From positions 1 to 40,482 of the forward strand of contig JBGPXN010000024.1 in assembly GCA_041492755.1 (NCBI GenBank): a stretch of 40,482 bases of DNA, read 5' to 3'. Position numbers and translations under genes: made by a program. The DNA is from Candidatus Methylomirabilia bacterium (lineage in GTDB: Bacteria > Methylomirabilota > Methylomirabilia > Rokubacteriales > CSP1-6). Every line of letters starts with the position of its first letter. Position 1 is the first letter of the stretch. A model generated the notes under the pieces. The model ran no database searches, was not told the DNA's origin, and worked only from the letters and a program-made list of their open reading frames with translations. Shown in pieces: positions 1-8,121 of the stretch.

Positions 1-1567
1 CGAGGAGTTGCTTGAGCGCGGCGAGCCCGGGATCGTCGCCGAGGAGCGCGTCCAGCAGCTCCCCGGCGCTCTCGGCCGGGAGCGCGTCCAGCCGTATCTG
101 GCTGTAGGACGTCTTGCTGCCCCACGCGTGCTGGTACTCGGGCCGATAGTTCACGAGCAGCAACAGCCGCGCCGATCCCAGGCTCTCGATCAGGCCGTCG
201 AGCAGCGCCTGAGTCTCGCCGTCGATCCAGTGGAGATCCTCGAAGATCAGGAGGAGGGGTTGCTCGCGCGCTTCCCGCAGCAGCAACCGCCTCACGGCGT
301 CGAGCGTCTGCTGGCGGCGCTGAGCCGGGTCGAGCGTCTGCCACGAGGCATCATCCACTGGCACGTCGAGCAGGGCCAGCAGCGCCGGCAGCGTCGGCTC
401 CAGTGCGCGGTCGAGCGTGAGCAGCTTGCCCGTCACCTTCTCGCGGATTTCGCGCAGGTCGTCCCGGTCCTGGATCTTGAAGTAGCCCTTGAGCAGGTCG
501 ATCACCGGCAAGTAGCTCGTCGCCTTGCCGTACGAGACCGAGGCGGCCTCGAGAACCAGCGAGCCCTGCATGCGATGCGAGTGGGTGAACTCATAGAGCA
601 GGCGCGACTTACCCACCCCCGCCTCGCCGACGACCGCCGCCACCTGACCGTGACCGTTGCCCGCGAGCTGCTGGGCGCGGCGGAGCTGCTCCAGCTCGGG
701 GTCGCGGCCGACGAAGCGGGTCAGCCCTCGCCGGGCGACCGCCTGAAGACGGGTGCGCGCCGGGCCGGTGCCCGTCACTTCGTAGACGTCCACGGGGTCG
801 GCGAGCCCTTTCACCGGCACCGGACCGATCGCTTTCACGGCGACGTAGCCTTCCACCAGGGCCAGGGTCGACGGCGTCAGAAGGATGCTGCCCGGGCTCG
901 CGAGCTGCTCCATCCGCGCCGCCAGATGCGTCGTCTGGCCCACCGCCGTGTAGTCCATGTGCAGGTCGCTGCCGATCGCGCGTACCACCACCTCGCCCGA
1001 GTTCAGGCCGACCCGGATCTGCACGTTCACGCCGTGGGCCCGGCGCGCGTCCTGCGCGTAGCGCGCGACCGAGTCCTGCATCCGCAGCGCCGCGTAGCAC
1101 GCCCGCACCGCGTGGTCCTCGTGGGCGAGCGGCGCGCCGAAGAGGGCCATGATCCCGTCGCCCATCACCTGGTTCACCGTGCCCTCGTAGCGATGCACGG
1201 CCTCCATCATCCGCTCGAGCACCGGGTCCAGGATCTTGCGCGCTTCCTCGGGATCGCGGTCGGCGAGCAGCTCCATCGAGCCCTTCAGGTCGGCGAAGAG
1301 GACGGTGACCTGCTTGCGCTCGCCCTCGAGCGCGGCCTTCGAGGTGAGGATCTTCTCGGCGAGGTGCGTGGGGGTGTAGGACTGGGGGGAACCGAACGTC
1401 GGCGGTGCGGCGGCCTGGCTCAGCGGCGCGGCACACTGTCCGCAGAACCGATTCTCCGGGGAGTTGGCGGTCCCGCAGGCCGCGCAGACAGACGCCAGCG
1501 GGGCGGCGCACTGGCCACAGAATCGCATCCCGACGGGGTTCTCGTGCTGGCACCGAGGACACTTCAC
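1..1567 (-). CDS. Double zinc ribbon + class III adenylate/guanylate cyclase + AAA/STAND ATPase protein (3' end runs off the window edge)
   Basis: Absent from the ORF track because no stop lies in the window. Manual translation from GTG 1567 (GGAGG upstream): MKCPRCQHENPVGMRFCGQC...CAACGTANSPENRFCGQC, then GERKQVTVLFADLKGS, NQVMGDGIMALFGAP (cyclase), then FVGRDPEL and Walker A GEAGVGKS. Confidence 0.93.
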   Translation of the reverse strand, partial: MKCPRCQHENPVGMRFCGQCAAPLASVCAACGTANSPENRFCGQCAAPLSQAAAPPTFGSPQSYTPTHLAEKILTSKAALEGERKQVTVLFADLKGSMELLADRDPEEARKILDPVLERMMEAVHRYEGTVNQVMGDGIMALFGAPLAHEDHAVRACYAALRMQDSVARYAQDARRAHGVNVQIRVGLNSGEVVVRAIGSDLHMDYTAVGQTTHLAARMEQLASPGSILLTPSTLALVEGYVAVKAIGPVPVKGLADPVDVYEVTGTGPARTRLQAVARRGLTRFVGRDPELEQLRRAQQLAGNGHGQVAAVVGEAGVGKSRLLYEFTHSHRMQGSLVLEAASVSYGKATSYLPVIDLLKGYFKIQDRDDLREIREKVTGKLLTLDRALEPTLPALLALLDVPVDDASWQTLDPAQRRQQTLDAVRRLLLREAREQPLLLIFEDLHWIDGETQALLDGLIESLGSARLLLLVNYRPEYQHAWGSKTSYSQIRLDALPAESAGELLDALLGDDPGLAALKQLL

Positions 1568-1694
1568 GCGTCGCCCTCCAGCGAGCCGAGCCGGTGAAAA
1601 AGTCAGCCGAGAGTAACTGCGCGCTCCAGACCGGTCAAGCGCGCACGACTGCACGTGGCCGCCGAGGGTGTCGAGCGGCGCATGGGGCAGTCCA

Positions 1695-1730
1695 TTGACC
1701 TCTTGACCCTTCCAGCCTACGGAGTAGAGT
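1695..1730 (+). promoter_or_regulatory. Putative sigma70 promoter of the RHH-MazF operon
   Basis: TTGACC at 1695-1700 and 1703-1708; TAGAGT at 1725-1730 (16-bp spacer from the second); AT-rich patch; GGAGG before ATG 1765. Confidence 0.5.
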
Positions 1731-1764
1731 TATTAACGTGGCATCGTAATGGAGGTGGGGAACC

Positions 1765-2070
1765 ATGGCTGAGCCCGGACGCCAGTACGAGGTGATTAGC
1801 GTGTCCCTTCCCAGGGACCTGGTCGAGCGCGTCAACGAGATCGTCCCCAAAACGCGCCGGAGCCGGATCATCCGCGCCCTCTTGTCCTCGTTCGTCGAAT
1901 CGGCGAGCCGGAGGCGGGTCGCCGAGGAGTACACGGCCTACTACGCGCGGCGCGCCCCCGCTGAGGTCGAGGGGGAACGGAGCTTGCTCGCCGAGTGGGA
2001 GATCAGCGACGCCGAGGTCTGGGCAATCCTCGAGCGAGAGGAATCCCGTGGCCGTCGCTCGACGCGGTGA
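1765..2070 (+). CDS. Ribbon-helix-helix (CopG-like) antitoxin
   Basis: VISVSLPRDLVERVNEIV...RSRIIRALL RHH pattern, acidic C-terminus, overlaps the toxin start by 23 bp. Confidence 0.85.
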   Translation: MAEPGRQYEVISVSLPRDLVERVNEIVPKTRRSRIIRALLSSFVESASRRRVAEEYTAYYARRAPAEVEGERSLLAEWEISDAEVWAILEREESRGRRSTR

Positions 2071-2392
2071 CATCGTGCTCGCGAACCTCGGCCCCACGGT
2101 CGGGGTGGAGATCCGGAAGACTCGGCCCGTCGTGGTCGTGTCCAACGATCACATCAATGAGCTGAGCCAGCTCGCCGTGGTGGTGCCGCTCACCAAGAAC
2201 ACCACGCACGTGTCCCCCAGCCACACCGTCATCCCCAAGGGCACGGCGGGCCTGAGCGTCGCCTCCAAGGTGTTGACGGAGCAGATCAAGGCCGTCGACA
2301 AGCGCCGCCTCGTGCGGCGCCTGGGTGCCCTGCCGGTGCATCTCCTGGCTCAGATCGATCGAGCTCTCAAGACGACGCTCGCGCTGCGGTGA
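2048..2392 (+). CDS. mazF: PemK/MazF-family endoribonuclease toxin
   Basis: RRGDIVLANLGPTVGVEIRKTRPVVVVSND...VVPLT...EQIKAVDKRRL...LG signature. Confidence 0.93.
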   Translation: MAVARRGDIVLANLGPTVGVEIRKTRPVVVVSNDHINELSQLAVVVPLTKNTTHVSPSHTVIPKGTAGLSVASKVLTEQIKAVDKRRLVRRLGALPVHLLAQIDRALKTTLALR

Positions 2393-2463
2393 CGCTCCCC
2401 GCTGCCCGGGGGTGCCGTCAGGGTTGAATCAGGATTCCTCCGTATGCTAGATCGCCCGGCCGC

Positions 2464-2515
2464 TTGATTCGCGGGCGCGCCGGTCCTAATGTAGTGACGT
2501 CACTACCAACGGAGG
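2464..2515 (+). promoter_or_regulatory. Promoter and palindromic operator of the relic Phd-VapC module
   Basis: TTGATT 2464-2469, 17 bp, TAATGT 2487-2492; perfect 16-bp palindrome GTAGTGAC/GTCACTAC 2491-2506; GGAGG 2511-2515. Confidence 0.75.
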
Positions 2516-2521
2516 CCGGGC

Positions 2522-2813
2522 ATGCAGATGGGGCTGCGCGAGGCGAACCAGCACTTTTCGAAAGCGATCAAGGCACGCGTCAAGGATAGTCGCGAGTACT
2601 TGGACGCTCCTCGCCGTCGATGGCCGGGTGCTGGAACGGGCCGAGGCCGAGCTGAGCCGCGGCACTCCCCTCCGGACGCTCGACGCCGTCCACATCGCGA
2701 CCGCCTTGACGTTCCAGGCAGACGCCGGGGTGCGCATGCCGTTCATCACCGGCGACCAACAGCAGCGCCGTGCCGGGCTCGCCCTCGGTCTCGACGTCGT
2801 CTTCGTCGACTAG
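2522..2813 (+). pseudogene. Fused relic of a Phd/YefM antitoxin N-terminus and a VapC/PIN toxin C-terminus
   Basis: MQMGLREANQHFSKAIKA (Phd-like start) joins directly to RVKDSREY, an extra T at ~2600, then WTLLAVDGRVLERAE...LRTLDAVHIATAL...FITGDQQQRRA (PIN C-terminal motifs). Confidence 0.8.
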
Positions 2814-2907
2814 GAGCGGTCGGAATGACGGAGGTCGAGGAGCGCACCGGGTGCCCCGGGGCGCTCCGAGCGCGGGGGGTATGGGGGGCCATGTCGGGGC
2901 CCCCTAT
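2814..2907 (+). repeat. Two-hairpin intergenic repeat, family 1, copy A
   Basis: GGAGCGGTCGGAATGACGGAGGTCGAGGAGCGCACCGGGTGCCCCGGGGCGCTCCGAGCG...TGGGGGGCCATGTCGGGGCCCCCTA; matches copies at 11.9, 13.0, 14.1 and 29.1-29.3 kb; lies between convergent genes. Confidence 0.9.
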
Positions 2908-2918
2908 CCCAGGGCCGC

Positions 2919-4454
2919 TCACTTGCTCCGGAGCTTCAGGTCCTCGTAGGGCGCGGAGAAGGCGTAGCCGGCAATGAGGCCGAGCCCCGACTCCTCCACT
3001 CTCGGCCCCACGCCGTTCAAGCCAGCACTCAGCCAGATCGGCGCGATGATCACCTTGTCGTGAATGAGCTGCTGGATGCGCTCGAGAGTCGCCCCGCGCC
3101 TCTTCTGATCCAGATCGCTCGCCTGCTCCCGGAAGAGCCCGTCGATGTCGGGATAGCTTCCGTAGACGTAGGTGCCGCCCGCGGCCACGAAGGCCTCGAT
3201 CCGGGTGGCCGCGTTGCCGAAGGCACCGCTGGCGCCCTGGATAAGGCCCTTGTACTTCTTTTCGGAGTATCCCCTGAAGAACGCCGCGCGCTCGAGCGGC
3301 CGGAGCTTCGCTTGAATGCCCACCCGTCTCAGGTAGTTGATCGCGGGCTCGGCGACGTTGGTGAACGCGGCGTCGCAGGAGTAGTCGCCCGCGTCGAAGC
3401 CGTTGGGGTACCCGGCCTCGGCGAGGAGTTGCTTGGCCTTGGCGGGGTCGTAACCGTAGCCCGGTGGTTGCCAGTAGAACTCGAAGTTCCTCGGGATGAT
3501 GCTCCACGTGACGTTGGCGAACCCCAGGAGCTCGGCCTGGTTGATCGCCGGCCGGTCGATGGCGAGGTTGGCGGCCAGGCGCACCCGCCGGTCGTGCCAC
3601 GGCGACTTCGAGTCCCACTGGTCGGTGAAATAGATCCAGAACGTCGCCTGGCCCACGACCGGCTTGAGGGTCAGGCCCGGAGTTCGCCGGAGCTGCTCGG
3701 CCAGCTCGCCGCGGACCGCATAGGCGATGTCCACCTCCCCCCGCCGCAGCGCGGCCAGGCGCGTGGACTCGTCCGGGATGGCCTTGAAGACCAGCCGCTT
3801 CACGCTCGGGGGTTTCCGCCAGTACTGCTCGAACGCCTCCAGAACGAGCTCCACGCCCGGCGTGAACGAGACGAACTTGTAGGGGCCGGCGCCCACCGGC
3901 GCCTTCTTGAAGCCGTCGTCGCCGACCTTCTCGACGTACTTCTTGGGCACGATCCAGCCGGCGCCGGTGGCGTCCGTGTAGAAGGTCATGAAATCGGGCC
4001 AGGGCTGCTTGAGGCGGATGCGAACGCGCCCAGGATCAGGGATCTCGACCGCGGCCACCCTCTCCTTGAGCGTCTTGTGGGCCGCGCCCCGGTAGCGCTC
4101 CAGCGAGAACTTGACGTCCTCGGCGGTCACCGGGTCACCGTTGTGGAACTTCACCCCGCGGCGGAGGACGAACTCGTACGCGAGCCCATCCGGCGACGCG
4201 CTCCACGACTCGGCCAGACTGGGCGCGGTGGGGTGGCCCGGCATCGGCTTCACCACGGCATCGTGCAGCGCGTAGAGGAGCATGTACGGCGTGATGATCC
4301 CGGACGTCTCCGCGGGATCGAACCAGGTGGGCGCGAGCGAGACGTGAACGGCCCAGGTGATCTGTCCCTCAGGTGCCGCGGCGGCCGGCGCGGAGCCGGC
4401 GGCCAGGATCGTCAGCAACAGCGCCGTCGTGAAGAGGCCTCGAACGTGGTTCAT
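2919..4454 (-). CDS. ABC transporter substrate-binding protein, family 5 (DppA/OppA-like)
   Basis: Start MNHVRG after a GGAGG RBS; signal peptide; LAESWSASPDG, VKFHNGDPVTAEDVKFS, GAGPYKF, YDPAKAKQLLAEAG. Confidence 0.93.
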   Translation of the reverse strand: MNHVRGLFTTALLLTILAAGSAPAAAAPEGQITWAVHVSLAPTWFDPAETSGIITPYMLLYALHDAVVKPMPGHPTAPSLAESWSASPDGLAYEFVLRRGVKFHNGDPVTAEDVKFSLERYRGAAHKTLKERVAAVEIPDPGRVRIRLKQPWPDFMTFYTDATGAGWIVPKKYVEKVGDDGFKKAPVGAGPYKFVSFTPGVELVLEAFEQYWRKPPSVKRLVFKAIPDESTRLAALRRGEVDIAYAVRGELAEQLRRTPGLTLKPVVGQATFWIYFTDQWDSKSPWHDRRVRLAANLAIDRPAINQAELLGFANVTWSIIPRNFEFYWQPPGYGYDPAKAKQLLAEAGYPNGFDAGDYSCDAAFTNVAEPAINYLRRVGIQAKLRPLERAAFFRGYSEKKYKGLIQGASGAFGNAATRIEAFVAAGGTYVYGSYPDIDGLFREQASDLDQKRRGATLERIQQLIHDKVIIAPIWLSAGLNGVGPRVEESGLGLIAGYAFSAPYEDLKLRSK

Positions 4455-4542
4455 GGTGGAAGCCTCCTTCGTGCTGATCTCAAAGGCTTGACGCCGCCAC
4501 CCGCGGGCCCTGCGCGTGGACGAGCGCCGTTGATCGCCGGCG

Positions 4543-5496
4543 TCAGGTGTCTCGGCGCAGGGACGCCGCGCCCGCGGCGGCCGCGTCTCGGGAGGACGCA
4601 CCGTCGGCAACCGGCGTCGCCGGCCGGGGCGCCAGCAACTCCAGCACCTCCGCACGGCCCCCGAGTTGCCGCAGCTTGGGATCGAGGTGATCACGGAGCC
4701 AGTCGCCCATCAGGTTAACGGCCAACACCGTGAAGAGCATGGCGAGGCCGGGGAAGAGGGAGATCCACCAGGCGGTGGCCAGGAAGCCGCGGCCGTCGGC
4801 GATCATCAACCCCCAGGCCGGGGCCGGCGGCGGCACGCCCACGCCCAGGAAGCTCAGCGTGCCCTCGAGCAGGATCACGTAGCCCACCTGCAGGGTGGAG
4901 ATCACGAGCAGCGTGGGCATGACGTTGGGGAAGATGTGACGGGAGATGATCCAGGCGCTCGAGCGCCCGGCGACCACCGCCAGCGCCACGAAGTCCTGCT
5001 CCTTGATCCCCAGCGTCTCTCCGCGGATCTGCCGGGCGAAGCGCGGCCAGAGCAAGAGCGCGACGATCAGGATGACGTTGCCAAAGCTCGGCTCGGAGAC
5101 CGCGACCAGGACCACCGCGATGAGGATGAGGGGCAAGGACAGCGCGATGTCGGTCACGCGCATGAGGAACGCGTCGGTGAGGCCGCCGCGATACCCGGAG
5201 ATCAGGCCCAGCAGCGTGCCGAACGTGCCGGCCACGCCGATCGCGATGAGGGAGACGAGCAGCGAGATCCGGCTGCCGTAGATAGTGCGGCTCAGCACGT
5301 CGCGGCCGAAGCGGTCGGTCCCGAGCGGATGCTCCCAGTCGCCCCGCTCCATCCACACGGGCGGAATCAGCTTCGCGGTGATGTCGCCGGCGGTGGGGCT
5401 CTGGGGGGCGAGGTAGGCCGCGAAGAGGGCGGTGAAGACCAGCAGGGCGAGGATCGCGCCGGGGAACCAGGGGAGATCGCGGCTACGCGCGAGCAT
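4543..5496 (-). CDS. Peptide/nickel ABC permease (DppC-like)
   Basis: HPLGTDRFGRDVLSR, HIFPN, LSFLGVG, NLMGDWLRD; low-complexity C-terminal tail. Confidence 0.93.
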   Translation of the reverse strand: MLARSRDLPWFPGAILALLVFTALFAAYLAPQSPTAGDITAKLIPPVWMERGDWEHPLGTDRFGRDVLSRTIYGSRISLLVSLIAIGVAGTFGTLLGLISGYRGGLTDAFLMRVTDIALSLPLILIAVVLVAVSEPSFGNVILIVALLLWPRFARQIRGETLGIKEQDFVALAVVAGRSSAWIISRHIFPNVMPTLLVISTLQVGYVILLEGTLSFLGVGVPPPAPAWGLMIADGRGFLATAWWISLFPGLAMLFTVLAVNLMGDWLRDHLDPKLRQLGGRAEVLELLAPRPATPVADGASSRDAAAAGAASLRRDT

Positions 5497-6406
5497 GGCG
5501 GATCCTCGGATTCAGATAGCCGTACAGCACGTCGACGAGGAGGTTCCCGGTGAGATAGAGCGCGCTCAGCACGAGGACGCCTGCCTGCACGATCGGATAG
5601 TCGCGCGTGGTGATCGATTCTAAGATCAGCCGCCCCAGGCCCGGCCATGCGAACACGGTTTCGGTGACGACGGCGCCCCCGAGGAACTGCACGAAGAGCA
5701 GCACGGCGAAGGTGACGACGGGCAGCAGCCCGTTCTTCAGGCCGTGCTTCCAGAGCACGACCTGCTCGTGGAGCCCCTTCAGCCGGGCGAACTTGATGTA
5801 GTCGGAGCCGAGCACCTCGAGCATCGCGGAGCGCGTGAGGCGGAGGATGGCGGCGGACGTGAAATACCCGAGCGTGAAGGCCGGCAGGATCAGGTGCCGG
5901 AAGTCACCGCGGCCGCCGGCGGGCAGCACGCCCAGCACCACGCCGAAGAACAGGATCAGCATGAGTCCGAGCCAGAACGCGGGCATGGACTGTCCGAGTA
6001 CGGCGAACACCCTGGCGCATGTGTCCAGGACGCTTCCGCGGCGGACCGCAGAGTACATGCCAAGGGGGACGCCGATGAGGACGCTCATGGCCATGGCTAC
6101 GAAGCCCAGCTCGACCGTGGCCGGCAAGCGTTCCCAGATGTGCTCGGTCACCGGCCTGCGCGTGAGCACGGAGTTGCCGAAGTCGCCGACGAAGATGTTC
6201 TTCACGTAGACCACGTACTGGACAGGCAGCGGCCGATCCAGGCCCAGGTGGCGCGTCAGGATCTCCTGGTCGCGCTCGGTGGCGTTGACGTCAAGCAACA
6301 GGAGGACGGGGTTGCCCGAGAGCCGGGTCAGCACGAAGACGATGCTGATGACCACCAGCATGCTCAGCAGCATCTGCAGCGCCCGCCCCGCGAGGTATCG
6401 CCACAT
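5483..6406 (-). CDS. Peptide/nickel ABC permease (DppB-like)
   Basis: LGLDRPLPVQY, GDFGNS, RLPATVEL, YIKFARLKGL, VTETVFAWPGLG, RDYPIVQ. Confidence 0.94.
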   Translation of the reverse strand: MWRYLAGRALQMLLSMLVVISIVFVLTRLSGNPVLLLLDVNATERDQEILTRHLGLDRPLPVQYVVYVKNIFVGDFGNSVLTRRPVTEHIWERLPATVELGFVAMAMSVLIGVPLGMYSAVRRGSVLDTCARVFAVLGQSMPAFWLGLMLILFFGVVLGVLPAGGRGDFRHLILPAFTLGYFTSAAILRLTRSAMLEVLGSDYIKFARLKGLHEQVVLWKHGLKNGLLPVVTFAVLLFVQFLGGAVVTETVFAWPGLGRLILESITTRDYPIVQAGVLVLSALYLTGNLLVDVLYGYLNPRIRHARA

Positions 6407-6409
6407 GTG

Positions 6410-8002
6410 CTACTTCCTCGTCACGAACTCCCAGTTGTGGACGCCCATGTGGCCGGGGATCAGCGGCCAGTCCCCGACCTTCGGCCCCACGCCGGCGATC
6501 GAGTGCGTCGCTCCGATGGCGACGCCCGGCATGTACTCGTAGAGCCACGGCCCCATCTCCTCGCGCATGATCCGCGTCCGCTCCGCGAGGTTCGGCTCCG
6601 CGCCCAGGCGCTCGATGAATCCATCCAGCTTCGGATGCTCCACGAGCAGATGGACCGCCGACTTCGTGTGGGAAATGCGCTGGAACAGCTCCCACGGCTC
6701 CGGGGCGATGATGGGTCCCGCGTACGCGAGCGCCACCCCCGCGTACGACCGCGCCCGGAAATCGGCCGCAAAGATGGCCCGGTCCACCGGCCGACGCTTC
6801 ACCCTGAGGCCGATCTTCTCCCAGTACGTGGCAACAGCCTCGCCCACGTCGGGCAGGAATCCCCGCCCCGGCCACGCCGTCAGGTTCATCGTGACATCGA
6901 AGCCGTTGGGATAGCCCGCCTCGGCGAGCAAGGTCTTCGCCCGGGCGGGGTCGTACGCAACCGGCTTCAGCAAGGCGTCCGAGATCCACGGGTCGGCGGG
7001 GTAGTAGTTCACCGTGCCGACCGGCGTCCCCACCCCGCCGAGGACACGCTCGATGATGGCCTTCTTGTCCACGGCCAGGTTGAGAGCGAGACGCACCTTG
7101 CGGGCCTTCTCGGCGTCGGGCTGCGCCCACGGCACCTTCGGGTCGTAGCTCGGCTTGGTGGGCCACTGCCCGCCGAGAATCACCCAGATGGCGGACACGT
7201 TGGGCATGACGAGCGTCCGTATCCCCACCTTCTTCAGCTCGTCGACATACTCGCCGCTGATCTCGACGACGTCGACGCTGCCCGCGCGCAGCATGGCCAT
7301 GCGCGTCGCCGGCTCGGGGACCTTCAGGAAGACCAGCCGCTTGAAGTGGGGCACGGCCCGCCAGTGGTTCTCCACCGCCTCGTAGACGATACGATCACCG
7401 CGGACGTGTTCCACGAACTTCCAGGGCCCGGTGCCCACCGGCTGCCGCTCCGCCGCCTGCTCCCCCGCCTCGATGTACTTCTTGGACTGGATGTAGGCAA
7501 CGGAGGCGAACAGTCCCTGCGTGACCCGGTTGCCGAGCGTCACGAACGGCTTGTCGAAGCGCAGGGTGATCGTGTGCGGGTTCTCGACCTCCATGCTCTT
7601 GATCTGCCGGAACTCCGGCGCCATGGAGTTGGCCGAGCCTTCCCTGGCGATGGAGGCAAAGGTGAACTTGACGTCCTCGGCGGTGAGCTCGATCCCGTTG
7701 TGGAAGCGGACGCCCTTGCGCAGATGGAACTTCCAGGTCTTGCCCCCGTCCGAGACCTGCCATTTCTCGGCCAGCATGGGGATGAGGTTGCCCTTGGCGT
7801 CCCGGGACAACAGATTCTCCCACAGCGGTTTCAGGACGACATCCTCGGCCCCGACGTAAAGATGCGGCAGCCAGCGCTCGTTGCCAAACGTGGCGACGGC
7901 CACCGTCAGCGTCCCCTCCGGCTTGGCCGCCACCGACCCCACGCCGACCGCATAGAACATCGCCGCCAGGATCAGCGTCGTGATCCAGTATCGCCGCTTC
8001 AT
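6410..8002 (-). CDS. ABC substrate-binding protein, family 5
   Basis: Signal peptide; LAEKWQVSDGG, FHNGIELTAEDVKFT, GTGPWKF; GGAGG RBS; close paralog of 8122-9729. Confidence 0.94.
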   Translation of the reverse strand: MKRRYWITTLILAAMFYAVGVGSVAAKPEGTLTVAVATFGNERWLPHLYVGAEDVVLKPLWENLLSRDAKGNLIPMLAEKWQVSDGGKTWKFHLRKGVRFHNGIELTAEDVKFTFASIAREGSANSMAPEFRQIKSMEVENPHTITLRFDKPFVTLGNRVTQGLFASVAYIQSKKYIEAGEQAAERQPVGTGPWKFVEHVRGDRIVYEAVENHWRAVPHFKRLVFLKVPEPATRMAMLRAGSVDVVEISGEYVDELKKVGIRTLVMPNVSAIWVILGGQWPTKPSYDPKVPWAQPDAEKARKVRLALNLAVDKKAIIERVLGGVGTPVGTVNYYPADPWISDALLKPVAYDPARAKTLLAEAGYPNGFDVTMNLTAWPGRGFLPDVGEAVATYWEKIGLRVKRRPVDRAIFAADFRARSYAGVALAYAGPIIAPEPWELFQRISHTKSAVHLLVEHPKLDGFIERLGAEPNLAERTRIMREEMGPWLYEYMPGVAIGATHSIAGVGPKVGDWPLIPGHMGVHNWEFVTRK

Positions 8003-8017
8003 ATCTCTATCCTCCGT

Positions 8018-8119
8018 TCGAGCGCCGGCTTCGCCGGCGCAATCCTATCGAGCGCGGCCTCCGGCCGCGCAAACCCTTCCTGGGGGGGCTCACGGGGGGG
8101 CCGTCGAGGCCCTCCCGTG
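8018..8119. repeat. GC hairpin cluster, repeat family 2 (two 30-bp tandem hairpin units plus a terminal hairpin)
   Basis: GCGCCGGC-TTC-GCCGGCGC (8022-8040), GCGCGGCC-TCC-GGCCGCGC (8052-8070), CACGGGGGGGCC-GTCGA-GGCCCTCCCGTG; 8032-8046 is the reverse complement of 36923-36937. Confidence 0.75.
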
Positions 8120-8121
8120 CG

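Noticed and set aside
8..1597. 529-aa plus-strand ORF
   Set aside because: It is the antisense shadow of the minus-strand cyclase/ATPase gene, which carries all the recognisable motifs.
2522..2977. 151-aa ORF as a real protein
   Set aside because: Only the first ~26 codons are meaningful; the rest is out-of-frame vapC and repeat sequence.
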